64,000 nucleotides of DNA from Amoeboaphelidium protococcarum X5. Its lineage: Eukaryota > Fungi > Aphelidiomycota. The translations under genes were made by a program, and so were the position numbers. The stretch spans positions 1,027,147 through 1,091,146 of the forward strand of contig JALDTO010000155.1 in the NCBI GenBank assembly GCA_023515725.1. Direction: 5' to 3'. Positions 22,747-36,103 of the stretch are shown here, in pieces; within the stretch, counting starts at the first letter, position 1, and every line of letters starts with the position of its first letter. The notes beneath the pieces were generated by a model. That model was not told where the DNA came from, made no database searches, and saw nothing but the letters and a program-made list of their open reading frames with translations.

Positions 22747-25700
22747 TCATTTCATGGATTAGGGAGACTCATTACTCGATCCATTGTTGTTATGTGTTGA
22801 CGTGACGGAAGAGTTATTATTATTATTAGTGGCACTATTGGCGTATTTTGACATATTTACAATTGGTAGAATTTTATCTACAATGACAGCATCAACTCCA
22901 TATCTCCGCTACAAATCAAAATTTTCCACCTAATTATTCAGGCGACCGAACGAGAAGAGCAGTAATCCATTCTGCTTCACCACTTTGCACAGATTAGGAG
23001 CTTCCACCAGCGGATCACTCACCGTCACTATGCCAAGGAGATCTGCAAACTTGGCGAATCTGACAGCTTCTTGAAGGGAATTGCAGCGATAATCATAAGT
23101 AAGAGTTGATCCACTATCAGTGAGGAAGAACACTGGATAATTGGATTGCTTCATATTGAGCATTAGACACGCCTCAGGGTGGAATGATGAGAACAGAATT
23201 GGTCTACTACCAGCATAATCAAAGACACAATGCAAAATCTGATCAACAAATACATTCAAGTCGGATCCTTTAAATCCAAACTATTCAGCTTCCTACTCTG
23301 TCGGATACTTGACTTCAATGTTGAATCCAATATTAGCGGGAACCATTTTAAACGCGTCTTGCAGCGTGGCAAATGGAGCTTGAATAGCATTATCAGATCT
23401 GCCTCCATGATGTCTCACCTTTTAGATCTTAGGATTAGCGTCTCCTGATGCACCTCCATTGCTCTGCATATGCCAATGATTGAGGGCTTACAGTACACCT
23501 TCACTCATGTTCTTCTCCTGTATAGTGAGCATCCTTTTGAGGTTTTAATCATCCGACATTGTGGCAACATTGTCAGAAAACTAATCAGTCTCTTCCTAAT
23601 CTTATTAAGAGCGCCTTTAATTATTAGAGGTGAAATTGGAATCATCAAAGCTGGTATTTCGCGTTCTTCTATTATTATTAGATTTTGGCTTCTACTATCT
23701 CTACGGGCCAAGAGTCTGGAATTCATTCAAAGTTACACTGTTCACAGCAACGTTGAGTCCAGTCTCGCTGAGGATGAAGTCGTGATAAATAACGGGCACA
23801 AGATCTTTGGTCACCTGGACATCGAATTCCACATACTCAGCACCGAGAGATGCAGCAGTTATAAACGACAACACTGTGTTCTCGCCCACTTAGAGACTGC
23901 CAGAGCGGCCACTCTGATTAGCACCAGCACCACGATGACCAATAATCTTGGTGGATACAGATTTCCAATAAGTCTGCTTAGATCCAATCGAAGCCTTAGG
24001 ATGTTGGAATGGCTTAATAACAACATACTCAAACTTGATTCTCCCGATAATTGCCAGCTGACTATTCATAATTGGCGCATTGACACGAATCACAGCACCG
24101 TTGTATGAACCAACCTTCACATCATCACCCGGATCAGAAAGTATTGCAACTGCACGTCCAATAATCTTTTTGCTATTGAGACCAAACGTTGGCATGATAT
24201 CAAATCGCAATACAACATTCTTTACTGAATCTTGTCCAGGCGTAGTATGAAAAATGATGGGCTCAGATGGATTCTTCACTGGCAGATCAACATATGACTT
24301 TTCCCCAACCAAGTTCTCACCATGTACCACCAGGGATAGAACGGATTAAGTTGGTATAGAGCTGTCGTTCAACTTGACAGGCATCACATTAGCCTTGATA
24401 TCATTCCAACCAAGTGATACAGCCAAAAGACACTAATTCGCAATCGTCTAATGACCATATACACGACTACCTTTGTCCTTACTATTACCGCCACCACCAC
24501 CGCCTGTACCATTGCCGCCATTAGGACGAGCCATTTTGGGACTGAATCTGAAAGACGGACTACTCTCCGTACTGGCAATGTCCATATTCTTTAGCGATGA
24601 TGAAAGACTAAACGCTTTGATCAACTTTGCAATGTCCCAATAGCCTCTGAATATCGCATGCTCATAACACGACCAACCATTACTGTCCAAAGAAAGACAA
24701 TTCACTTTAACATCAGCCAACAGAATTTCAGTAAACTTTAAATGGCCTTCAGTAACTGCATAAAAGAGCGGCGTCCATCCATTCACCAGATCTACCTTGT
24801 CATAAAGCTATTCACGCATGGTATCAGAGACTCTGTGCTGTTATTCTTTAGACATCAGAACATTGATACATGATATATTACCCTGCCTGGACACCATATG
24901 ACAAACATTCTGACCATCTTCATTACACACCTAAACATCTGCTCCATGGTCGAGTAAAAGCTTAATAACCTCTGCATGTCCATACTTGGCAGCATATAAT
25001 AGGAGCGGCATATGATTAAGTCGATGAGAGAGTACATTCAACTATTCATTATCCATCACAGCAAGTTGGTGTATATTCAAGTTGATCTTCTTAATCACAA
25101 GCAACTCCTAAACCACCTCAGAGTGCCCTTTAATGACAGCATAAATGATAGGAGTGAATCCATCATTATCATACCAGATCTACTCCAATTCGCTCCAAAA
25201 TGGCAGATAAAATTCCAGCAAGACTTTCATAATCAATTTGGAATTATTCAAAGCACAGTAATGCAATGGCAACTTTCCATCATAGTCCTACTTCATTAAT
25301 AAGCTCTTTAAGTCTTTCGTACTTGACAATAGCACACGCAAAACTTGGTCACTATCTTTATCCGCAGAGGTGGTAGAAAGATCAGAGTCAGCGAGAGTAA
25401 GATCCTTCATAATCTGGCCAAAATCACCTTAACGCTAGACATAATGATGAATGAAATTCTACTCCTTCACCGAGTCAAAATGTTGGAGTAGTTAATCATA
25501 TTTGCCACATATAAACTTGATTTAATCGATAGCCTTTATCTAACAAGCAATCATTACAATCTTGAAGAAGACGTTCAAATTACTAATATTATTGCCTTCT
25601 TGTACAACATTGCCCAATATGGCATCAAGTGCAGCGGTATCGTTGGATTACAGAGCAGCCACTGCCTGATCCAAGATCACATTCTAGTCATCCTCCACCT

Positions 25701-26373
25701 TTAATTCAACATTGCTGCACTGTAATAGAGAACTTCTAATCTACTCGATACTAGACACGATATCAGTAAGTGTGGAATATATCACAAAAGGCTGAATATC
25801 AATCTTGGACGCCATAACATCATCCTGTATAGAACTACCAGTCTTCTTGTCATACTTTTTCAAAATCTTTCGAAAGCCCTCACGATTAACGTGCGTATAC
25901 TCTAACAGGAGATTAACATTATCCTCGAGAGACTGGATAGCAGACAGCATAGACTCCAACTAGTGCTTATCCGGACAACTGGAAATCTATTGAATCAGAG
26001 CCAGCTTATCCTTCAAAATGTTGAATCGCCTGTCAAGCTCGGTGGACTTGTACAAGTAGAATGCATTCACCTTCTCCACCTCTCGATCCAGAGCATAGAA
26101 GAATTCAACCTCATCAACACTTGAGGAGGAGGATTAACGGCGATTACTACCATTATTACCACCACCAGAAGAAGAAGAAGTAGAAGTTACATTAGCCTCA
26201 GGGCCTGCATTAAAGATTGCATCCTATTATCGGTGTTACTGCTGATCATTATTAGCCGATTCCAATTGATTCTCCACCACTTGAGCCACAATCTTCTTCA
26301 GTCCCTTGTAATCAATATATTTACCAGACCATTCCAGTCTCTGCTCCCTCTCTAGATACTTGCCAAACTTCAT
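22747..26373 (-). CDS. GDE1: SPX-ankyrin-glycerophosphodiester phosphodiesterase (1208 aa)
   Basis: [19 protein letters not shown] start, [14 protein letters not shown], ankyrin repeats (GWTPLFYAV), [26 protein letters not shown]. Confidence 0.95.
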
Positions 26374-27527
26374 TTAAAGCTATTTGTGATTATAGTGATA
26401 TAGTAATACTGATGAGGCAGTGTTAGAAGTGGAAAGGTTAACGATTTTGAGAGTCCGACAAAGCTAAAAAATCAAAGCGAGCGATTAGATTTTTTCACAC
26501 GCTCTATAAACTTTTGGTCGTTCGTCATTTCTCAATCTATCGCTCTGAATTGTTATCGCGCGGGAACTGCCGACTTATTTATTGCATGTATTAAATGTGT
26601 CTCGTTGTTGTTTGCAATTACCTGCGGATCAGAGAGTATGGTTGATACGTGTTTTGATAACCGGTTTGATCCCTTTTAGCAGAGTGATTGCTTAAACATT
26701 TGCGATTCTGCTATGTTTAGATTATCTTAGTTGAATTTACTCTAGATTACGCATCTCAGACACAATTTGTCATAATCAGTGCTTGAGGTTCAATTCAACT
26801 TCATTTAAATTATTGGCGGTATCCCGTTCTATTACGTATTATCTGTACGCGCTTTGTACAGAGTTATTTAGTAGAAATTTTCTTCGGCGCTGATTATGAC
26901 TTCACAGTTGCAGCGAGATACTTTTGAATGACACAAGTTTACTAAATGTACATATCTCCTCACACTGTAGTTATTTTATTAAGCTGAGAACAGAGTTGTA
27001 GAACCAGAACCAAGTAGAAAAGTCAATTATCCTTACGCTTAGCTAATATTAATAATCTGTTTCTTGCGTTCTTCCCCGTTGTTAACGTTGCTTGTGACTT
27101 TACAGTTCTTTGAATTCACTATCCGTACAATGTCTCAAGAAGATTTCAAGTACCTTTAGCTTGAAGCGATTAACCGCTGTTATATGGCGACCAATGACTT
27201 TGACAATATCGCCGCAGATAGAGGCGTTACGAACAATCCGGTTTTTGAATACACATTGGGTATTAAAGCGAACCTGTAAAAAGTCATAGTTCAATAGATG
27301 TCCACTAAGATGCTTTGAAGACGGATGAGCTTAGGCGGTATTAAATTTGCTTTTGAATGTTTAATGTTAGAGCAACGACCAGTATAACGCGTAAGGAATG
27401 GATTGTATCGCAGGGAATATACGGAATGTATAATACTCTTTGACGGATAGAGTTTATACGATGCAGTTCAGATCATTCTCTTACAATGTCTTTTTTGCCT
27501 TATAAAGAGATAGTGGCGGTTCTCTCC

Positions 27528-27578
27528 CACACACACACATACACGCACACACATTCTCTCTCTCTCTCTCTATCTCTC
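27528..27578. repeat. Compound (CA)n/(CT)n microsatellite
   Basis: cacacacacacatacacgcacacacattctctctctctctctctatctctc. Confidence 0.9.
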
Positions 27579-27673
27579 GATTTCGCTTCTTCTTTTCTGC
27601 AGAGTGAAACCATTTAACGTGCAAATTAGGATAAACTCTATTTGGAACAACTATAGATTGAAAGAATATTTAT

Positions 27674-28690
27674 ATGACTGACAAGGATTAATTATTGGGA
27701 ATGGGATTCCCCTCGATTAGAGTGGAGAAAGCGTTGAGGGCTACAAAGAATGCTGGTTTATAACCTGCGTTGGACTGGATCTTGGAACACTAAGATGATC
27801 CTGATATAGACTAGCCACTACCGCAAGGTCCCGTCTTGACTCTTTCTAGTGCTTCTAGTAGTGGTACTTAAAATTTATCATCTTCATCCTCATCATTGGA
27901 GTAAATTGAAGGCGGTGGCTCAGAAGCTCAGCCTCAAGATGCCAAGAGTCTGCAGTGTCAAGATTGTGGGAAATTGTTGAAATCCAGTCAGGTTGCAGAG
28001 TACCATGCCACCAAGACTGGTCATTAGAATTTTACAGAGAGCACGGAGGAGGTGAAACCACTGACTGAAGAGGAGAAGCGGTTGAAACTGGAAGAGTTGA
28101 AGTCGAAGCTGGCCGAGAAGAGAGCCAAGGAGCAAGAGGAGGAGAAGTTGAGGTAGAGGGAGAATGAGAAGATGCGACGTATCACCGGCAAGGAAATTAC
28201 TGCGGTGAAGTAGAAGACGTAGGAGGACTTGATCAAGAAGTAGTTGGAAGAGTAAAAACGTCAAAAATAGGAGGATCTTCGGGCCAGATAGCGCGTCAAA
28301 GAGTAGATTGAGGCTGATAAGCGCGCCAGGGCTGAGAAGGCTGCCAGGGAGAAGATGCTCAGAGAGGGTGGAGGTGGAGATCAGCCTGTGATTGACTAGG
28401 TATCGTCTTCGGCTAATAGTCCTCTAGTCACACCTGAAATCAAGGGTGATTATTCCGAGTCTAGATTGCAAGTGCGAGCACCTGGGAAATCGCCAATTGT
28501 ACTAAATTGCAAGTCTGAAGATACTCTATCTGTGGTTTGTCGCCAACTCACTAATGATCATCATCTATCCCAATAGTTTACTCTTTCCACCACGTTCCCT
28601 CGCAAATAATTTACCTCTGCTGACATGGACAAGACTCTGAAGGAATTGGATCTCGTACCTTCTGCTGCATTAGTTCTTTAATTCAATTGA
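27674..28690 (+). CDS. UBA-C2H2-coiled coil-UBX p97 cofactor (UBXN1-like)
   Basis: LLGMGF...ALDWILEH UBA; CQDC...HATKTGH zinc finger; charged coiled coil; SRLQVR...TTFPRK...TLKELDLVPSAAL UBX. Confidence 0.9.
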
Positions 28691-28810
28691 ACGTAATCTC
28701 CTGGCATGGTTGATGCATTACTATTACTTGGCATAATATTTAGCGCTTTATGGTTAAAAAACGAATACAAGAGTGATATTGAGAACCAACTATATTTATA
28801 ATACAATGCA

Positions 28811-30894
28811 TCAAGACTGGTAACTTTGTAAATATCAGAGCTAGTTCTACTAACATTTATGCAAAAGTCGTATTAATTCTTTATCGGTCAGCTTGATGGA
28901 TTATGAGCATTAGATGAGCTTTTGAAAAACATCCGCTTACTAAACTAACAAGTCTTACAACACTTCGCTCCTTGTGAGTATTGTTGCACACCTTTCAAAG
29001 TCGCCATTAATCAAAGTGTCTTTTACCATTATGAGCACGGCGACAGAGAGCTGTAATATGAAGACATCACCATTCAGCACGTACGTATCCCATATCTTAT
29101 ACGCCTACTCCAGAGGGAACACTTGAGCAAATACAGTAAGTACCCATTCGATGAGATACATCTCAGGTGATATGTCAAATTGCTACAGGTGTAGACTCAG
29201 CTGAGGACAATAGAGTCTCAATAACTGTGCATGAACATCCAGATACGGCTTGATCAACAGATTGTTCATGGTGTAGAAATCTCTGAGCACAGGTCGGTGC
29301 AGCATGTTGGCCAGCAGTACAAATGTCTCATATGAGGATATATCTTGCGGTGATGTGCCAGTAATCATTGATGCCAAGTAAGACATGCCTTGTACATAAC
29401 CATAATCTGGACGATAACACACGAATGCTTCCAGCGCAGCCTTCATCTTATCAGACGATGATGATTAATGTGATGTTGATTAAGTTGCAGGTTCCTCTCC
29501 GGCGTAATCTGAACAACAAGAGAACATCAAATCACCAGCATTATCAACTTCGGCTATACGGTCTAGGTACTAAAATTTATCATCAATCATCTAGGCGGAT
29601 AATAGATTCATCTTAGTCTTGATGGCATTCAGCGTCACAGAACGCTTTCTAACATCAACAACTGTTCGTGGCAGGTCGACAGGAATTAAAGCCACTGAAG
29701 ATTCTAAACCAAGAATAGACCGACTCATCATTGCTTATTACTACTTTTACATATAATGCTAATACTGTTACTCTAAAGCAGTTTAATCAGCTTGATCATT
29801 TATTCCATCACGGTGCATGGCTTCAACTTAAAGGCCATGGTTATCATCACCACCACCATTATCATCATCCATATTGAATTGAGATATAGAACTGCGTCTA
29901 CTCGCAATAGTCACCGGCTTTGACTTACCTTAACATACAGCGTTCTATTCTACATTCGGTTCATTACCAAGTTTATCGCCATCTGATCTCCCATCATACG
30001 AAATGGTGGAACTACTCCTGCTGGTTGGAGGTGTACTCATCTAGAGTCCACTACTTTCCACGTGTCGCCTCAACTAGACTCTATTCGCTGTAGATCTAGC
30101 ATGACGCCAAAAGATATTAAATAGCTCCTCGGTGATGTTCAGATCATTGCCAACCATTAATAACCACACTTGCCGCCTAAATTGTTAAGGAATCGCTGAG
30201 ATAAGCAGCTGCTCTTAAAGTGCTTTGTTCTTTGATAACTCACGCCTCCTCTAATAAAATGAAGGATATATACTCAACTGCTCCAATTGAGGTAGTAGAG
30301 TGCATCGCCAGAGTCTGTACTCTTCATGACTAAGCTTGTCTTGACCGCTGAGGATTTTACTATCGACCAGAATCTCATTATCCAAATCTTTGAGAATATC
30401 GTCGTTAATATGCGCCAAGTGTTAAAAATTAGAAGGGCCGCCAATACGCACACTAGGCTTTAATTCTCCCACAATCTTACGCTGAGACTCGACCAATTTC
30501 AAGTCTTTGAGCACCTACTGAGCAAATTCTCGCGTTAGCTGTGCCAGTTGCTTAATCTCGCTCTTCACATCAATCTTATTGCTATTGATGTTGCCGGTAT
30601 TATGGTGCGAGTCTTCAAGACCAGTAGCGGGTGGATTATCGTCATTGGCTGCAGCTGGTAAGACTTTAGTTGCATTGAGACTGACTTAAATCAGAGGCTC
30701 TTCTTCAGATGAGTCTTGCATCAGATTCAAAGTGAAAAATGTGGCACCTTCCGTCTAGCTAATGGCATGAGCATCTACACGCTTAAAATCAATATAAAAT
30801 ATATGCCCACCGATTGTATGAGTATACACATACCAGAAACCGATTTCTTTCTAGAATTAATCCTTTTCAATGTCATGGATTTTATAAATTCCAT
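28811..30894 (-). CDS. TBC-domain Rab GTPase-activating protein (TBC1D12/14-like) with an N-terminal CRIB-like motif; intron 30775-30833
   Basis: IPQQFRRQVW, IPVDLPRT (Arg finger), GYVQGMSYLA (Gln finger), YLIEWVLTVF, KIWDTY; IGGPSNFQHLAHI at 30407-30445. Confidence 0.9.
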
Positions 30895-31090
30895 CCTGAT
30901 CGCGACTAGTTTAGTGGATGGAAAGGCTCAGTGGTCGTTGTTGTTACAATAAAAGGCGTTAAGATTTCACGCGCCTTTATTAAGGAGAGTGACTGACGGT
31001 GTGTTAAAGCTTTACCGCGAGAACCATCTTTTCTATTTAGCGATTTATCACGACGAATAAAAGATAAATCGTACTTTTATAGCTATTGAT

Positions 31091-31360
31091 ATGACGGCCA
31101 AGATTGTTGGACTGACAAAGACTTAGGAAGAAGCGTTGACCAAGTAACTAAAGAGGAACGCGTTGAAATAATGTGATGAACTGGTGAAGGATTATCAAAA
31201 GTGCTGCTAAAGTCATAATCTATTGGTTGCTTTGTGGAAATGCAAGACTAAAGTTAACGCGCTAAATGATTGTGTAAAGTAATACACCACTTAGAAGGAT
31301 ATTGATCGATTGCGTAAGCAGTTTCTTGATGATATTAATGCGAATAAGGTGGAGCGATGA
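31091..31360 (+). CDS. CMC1: Twin-CX9C cytochrome c oxidase assembly factor (Cmc1-like, 89 aa)
   Basis: ALKQCDELVKDYQKC...WKCKTKVNALNDC twin CX9C. Absent from the ORF track because of TAR codons. Confidence 0.8.
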
Positions 31361-31423
31361 ATGTAGTATATAGTAAGTAGATAATAATGATAATGTTTTA
31401 GCATGACACTTTTTATATTATTT

Positions 31424-34400
31424 TCACCATTCTGCACTATTCTGTTCCTCAAGATCCACCAAGATCTCGTCCATATTGAGATCATTTAAGCTATCATCTC
31501 CATCAACTATATTAACAACAGCAGAACTCCCTTCAGATTGCTCATCTTCTGCTATAGTGGACAATTTGTTGGAACTTTTATTGACGTCATCATCATTGTC
31601 GGAAGAATTGGTGATTAAAGTATTGGATAGACGCTTCTGCGGCAACAAATTCTCTGCATCTTCAACATCTTGATCCGACAGCTTCCTCTTCTTTTGCTAC
31701 TTGGATGCGGTTTTCTTCTTCGTCTGCTGCTGGATTTATTATTGCACTGGCATTTGAGATGACAAAACTTCTCCTTTCAAGTCACGATGCTTCAAATTTC
31801 CGATCCAGAATGCACCTTGCACGTTGTGGTGGCTCAACATAGCCTTGATCTTGTAGATGAATTGCTCCAGTGATTTGCGAGTCAATGGAACAGCATTTGT
31901 CATATTAACATCCTTGTATTCTTTAGAATAACCACATACACTCTACACAACGCGCAATATACAATTATGATGATTATAATTGTGATTAGTAAAGTCAAAC
32001 CTGTAATTATCTGGTCGCAATCTGACACTCTTTGATAATATCAACAACTTCGTGTCTGTGACGGCGAAATTTACTATCCAGAGCAGGCACGCAGATGCGA
32101 TTGAACGCCTCAACAAATACTCTGCCAAATTTCAAAGTTGCCAGTAACACGGGTCTCTTGTCTGCCTGTTTAATGAAGCTAATCAGAGTTTGAAAGAGCT
32201 TGACATATAAAGCAATCTACTTCAGTAATAATTACTCATCCTCGACTTTAACATCAATCTGCTTCAATCTGATGCACAACTAGTCAAATAAAGATTTGTA
32301 ATAGTACGGAAACGTCTCCTTAGTCAGTAATGGATATGCCAGTAGAGTCTCTGCATTTCCATCCATATGTGCCTTCAGCGCCTTAGATATGTAATCTTGG
32401 AGGACATTGTCAGAATCAGAACAATACTTGAATTACATACTCAATAGCCACATTATTTGATCATTAGATATCAACCTTTTATTAGAAGGATTGATAAGAA
32501 GACTTTGTACCATGTCCAAAATAATGACGCGATAATCAGCGTGCAGGCATTTGTGATCCACGACAAACTACTGAATAGAGTTGAGGCATTCAATGATCAG
32601 TATTTTCAATGCCAGAGGAGCTTTATCATGACCAAACACAGTTTACAAAGAACCAATTACGGACGCATTTTGCGCGCCAGCATCGGGAAGAGTAAACCAC
32701 TTTGTGACAATATTGATATATTTCTCGTTGCATTTCTCTTTCCACACTTTGCTGGATGCCAAATGCTTCAGAGACTTGAATATTAAAACTGCAATTTAAA
32801 GCTGATTCTCATCCAGGTCAGCATCTGCTTAGCACATGGATGATAATATAGAACTAAATGCTGGAACCACTGCCAGCAGCATCTACATTATTAAATCCAT
32901 ATCTAAACTCAGATATTGGTCAAATTTCAATGCGCAAGGATCATTTTTGCGCTTTGCTACCATAATCGGCATGCTGTACGTATTGGAAAATCTGGCCTCA
33001 ATCTTTCCCGCAATGTCCTCAACATACATAGCACATAGTTCGGCATCTTACAAACTAGAGACACAGTTTTTTAGTACAATCATAACAGATTCAGCCTGCA
33101 ATTCACATAACAGAGGTTTCACTAACGCAAAATGATCTTGATTAGACAACTTGCTCTTAGACTGCAGACTTTTACTCTTCTTCTCAGTGCTCACGGACGC
33201 AGTTTCAGAAAAGTTGATATCATCAATACTTTCATCTTACGCAGCAGTTTCCAACAAAACAGATTTCGCATCAATTTAGATGCTAGAGGCAGGGTCGTTA
33301 GATGACAGATGACGCAACTTGGACACAATAAATTCAATTTCATCAAGAGAGCACTGTTAGCAAAGATTCTTCAAATGACCCTCCAAAGTGACAAGTCCCT
33401 TCAAGCGCAGTTTACACGTCTCCATCATCTGAGCGTCATGCTTTTGGTCAATGAACAAGTTGACAGCCTTTCTCAAATAATTTACTTGGTAAAATAGACA
33501 AAGTGTTATCAGTCCAGAAGATTAAGAACTCTACTTCCTCAGATCTTCCAGTTGGAGTTCATAATTGAAATTCACAAAGCCACAACCAAGTAAAACATCC
33601 ACCGAATCCAGCTACTTCTAATTAAGGGCCTTCACACAGCTGATCATTAAGTCAAACAAAGGATTAAGTAGAGAAAGTCTGTCATTCAAGGCAGTGATTT
33701 ACAGATCTGAACATTTTTAGATTGAGTCTTCGCTTATAAGTGATATGCAAACAGGACTATCTAACAACTTGCTGACAACCGACACGTAAGACAGCTGTGG
33801 CAAAGACTCGGCCTCCAGCAGGAACTCAGTCTGGAAATCACCAGCAATATTCTCTTCAATCCAACCTATAAATTCATCAGACAAACTGCCATCCTTGACA
33901 AGCTGATTAAGAGTCTCATACAGAAGGATTAAACTGGCAATGTTTTTACAGCATTATTTGTGAGCAAGCTGCATAATTTCTTCAAACTCTTGCAGACTTA
34001 TTTTCTAACCTCCGACTTTGATGTACTGCAACACGCCAATGATTCCGGATTTCTAATATGAAATATCCTAATGACAAAGCTGCTTCCGCACTACAATCAT
34101 CAGCTCATCGGCCAAATTACCAGATTAACCTTTTCCATTTAAAGAAAGTTGAAATAGCAGTTGATAAGTCTTTTGAACATTTGCAGGGCCCATGATTTCC
34201 AGATAGTCCAAAAGAATTACCAAATGCTTAACATATCGACCAAGGTCAAAGTTTCTGCACTCGATAGAGAGATTTAAAAGTAAATCAAGGGCAGCAGAAG
34301 TCAGGCTTTGATTATTTTGACCGACTAAAGCTACAGTCTGAGATATGGCTTCTGAGCGAATATAGACATCTGACTACTCTGCCAAATTGAGATGCAAAAT

Positions 34401-35552
34401 TTTCAGTACACCAACTGCATCGTTAGAAGTACTAATCTTCTCATTCTATAGCAGAAACACGATTAACGCCAACACGTCCGAGCCAAAGACACTAAATATT
34501 CCTCTGCACTTTTTACACGCAGTATCAATAAGATTTCCGGTGAATATCCCATTTAAAATCAAATCTTAAATACACAAATGAACTTTCTACTTGGACTTTG
34601 ATTTAGTACGCAGGCAACATAGTAACAGCACCAAATCTAAAAGTTGCAGCCTATCCGCTTTACCAACACTACGAAGAAAAGCGTCCATTGCACCTTGGAG
34701 AGTACTGAAACACTAGCACAACTAATCAACAATCAAATACACAGTACTATCATCGGAAGAATCAGACTAAACGACTGCCAAGAAATCAAAATTATATCTC
34801 AAGTCACGGATAAATTCAGTAACATCCGATTTCGCGACACTAGCCTACTAATATAACCATTTAATGAGGAACGGCAGATCGCTGGTCTGAGAGGAATTCA
34901 GCTTCTCCATAACCATGATTCGCATCTTTGCATTTGTTTCGGCATTAGGACTTAGCTGTGATATGGCTTCAATACCAACTTTGAGCATATCAGAATCATC
35001 ATCAATCACCTACGTCAATTCTTCAACCAGAATTTTGTGTTCAGACTCTGGGAAAATATCTGGCAAAGCCTAAACAAAGCTAGACTTGTAATTGTCTGAC
35101 AACGTATGCAGCAACTTTATAGACTCAATGACAATCTGACGTGGCTTTTACAAATTCAGCCATTTCAAATGCTGCAGCAGTTTCTGAAACAAATCTCGCG
35201 AATCAGTTTCGCACGCGTCCTTCATAGCACTGAGCACTGCCTTCACCACTGGCATTTATAGAGAGTCGGTACGCAGCATTATAGTTAGTAAATCTTCTTT
35301 GAGCCATCTAGAAAAAACGTATATTGATAATAATAAAGAATATAACATAACTAAATCAAAATCTTACCTGTCACTGACTACCAACTTTAAGGGTAGAAGA
35401 GAAGCATGAAGATTTCGTTGTTCAGTCAACCATTACACCACTATTTCGCAATCAGCTTCACGTATACACTACTTTACTTCTTGAATCGAACGACTGCATT
35501 CAAAATGAGAATTATGCTGCACCAATCCACATTATTTCAGTAGCTGGTCCAT
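31424..35552 (-). CDS. FANCD2: Fanconi anemia group D2 protein (1336 aa); introns 35308-35367 and 31943-32000
   Basis: LQHLKWL, LPDIFPESEH, LMIVVRKQL...GIIG (ubiquitinated Lys at 34083-34085), and C-terminal SLEQFIYKIKAML..AFWIGNLKHRDLKGE. Confidence 0.9.
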
Positions 35553-36103
35553 TTTATGACGCAACAATACTGCAGATGGGTGAGATGTTATCGCGACTAT
35601 GCGTACAGCTTTGAGTTGAAACAGAAAAGAAATTGGACCGTGCGTTGTTTCAAACAAAACGTAATGCCAGAATTGCTTACGATAGATCACACATCAACCG
35701 TAATAAAAACTTAAGTTCGTATAAGTTACACTCTATCAAAGATAGGCTTGAAGAAAAGCAAGTATGTCATTGTGTCTCCTAATTTCCCCTCATATTTGGC
35801 TCCATCAAGGTAAAATATCAGTCTTACAGTCGTTTTGAGTATAAACACGGGATAAGATACTCTTCTTTATTGAATTTTAGATACTATTTACTTTGAGATA
35901 ACGGCATTAAAGCCAATGTAAATAATTGCAACAAAAACTTATGAGAGGTTGATCAAATCACTGTATGTTTGCTTGCCAACCAAGATTGCACGATTGGACC
36001 AACAAAGAGCTCTCAAAATTAGAAATCTCTCTCTTGCTTGATCTGAAACACAATTTCTCAACTTTTAATCTATAGAGCATTGACTTTAGTATCTACAACG
36101 ACA

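Noticed and set aside
26638-27500. Long TGA-free frames between GDE1 and the UBX gene
   Set aside because: No convincing start codon or recognisable motif; with one stop codon long open frames arise by chance. A gene here cannot be excluded.
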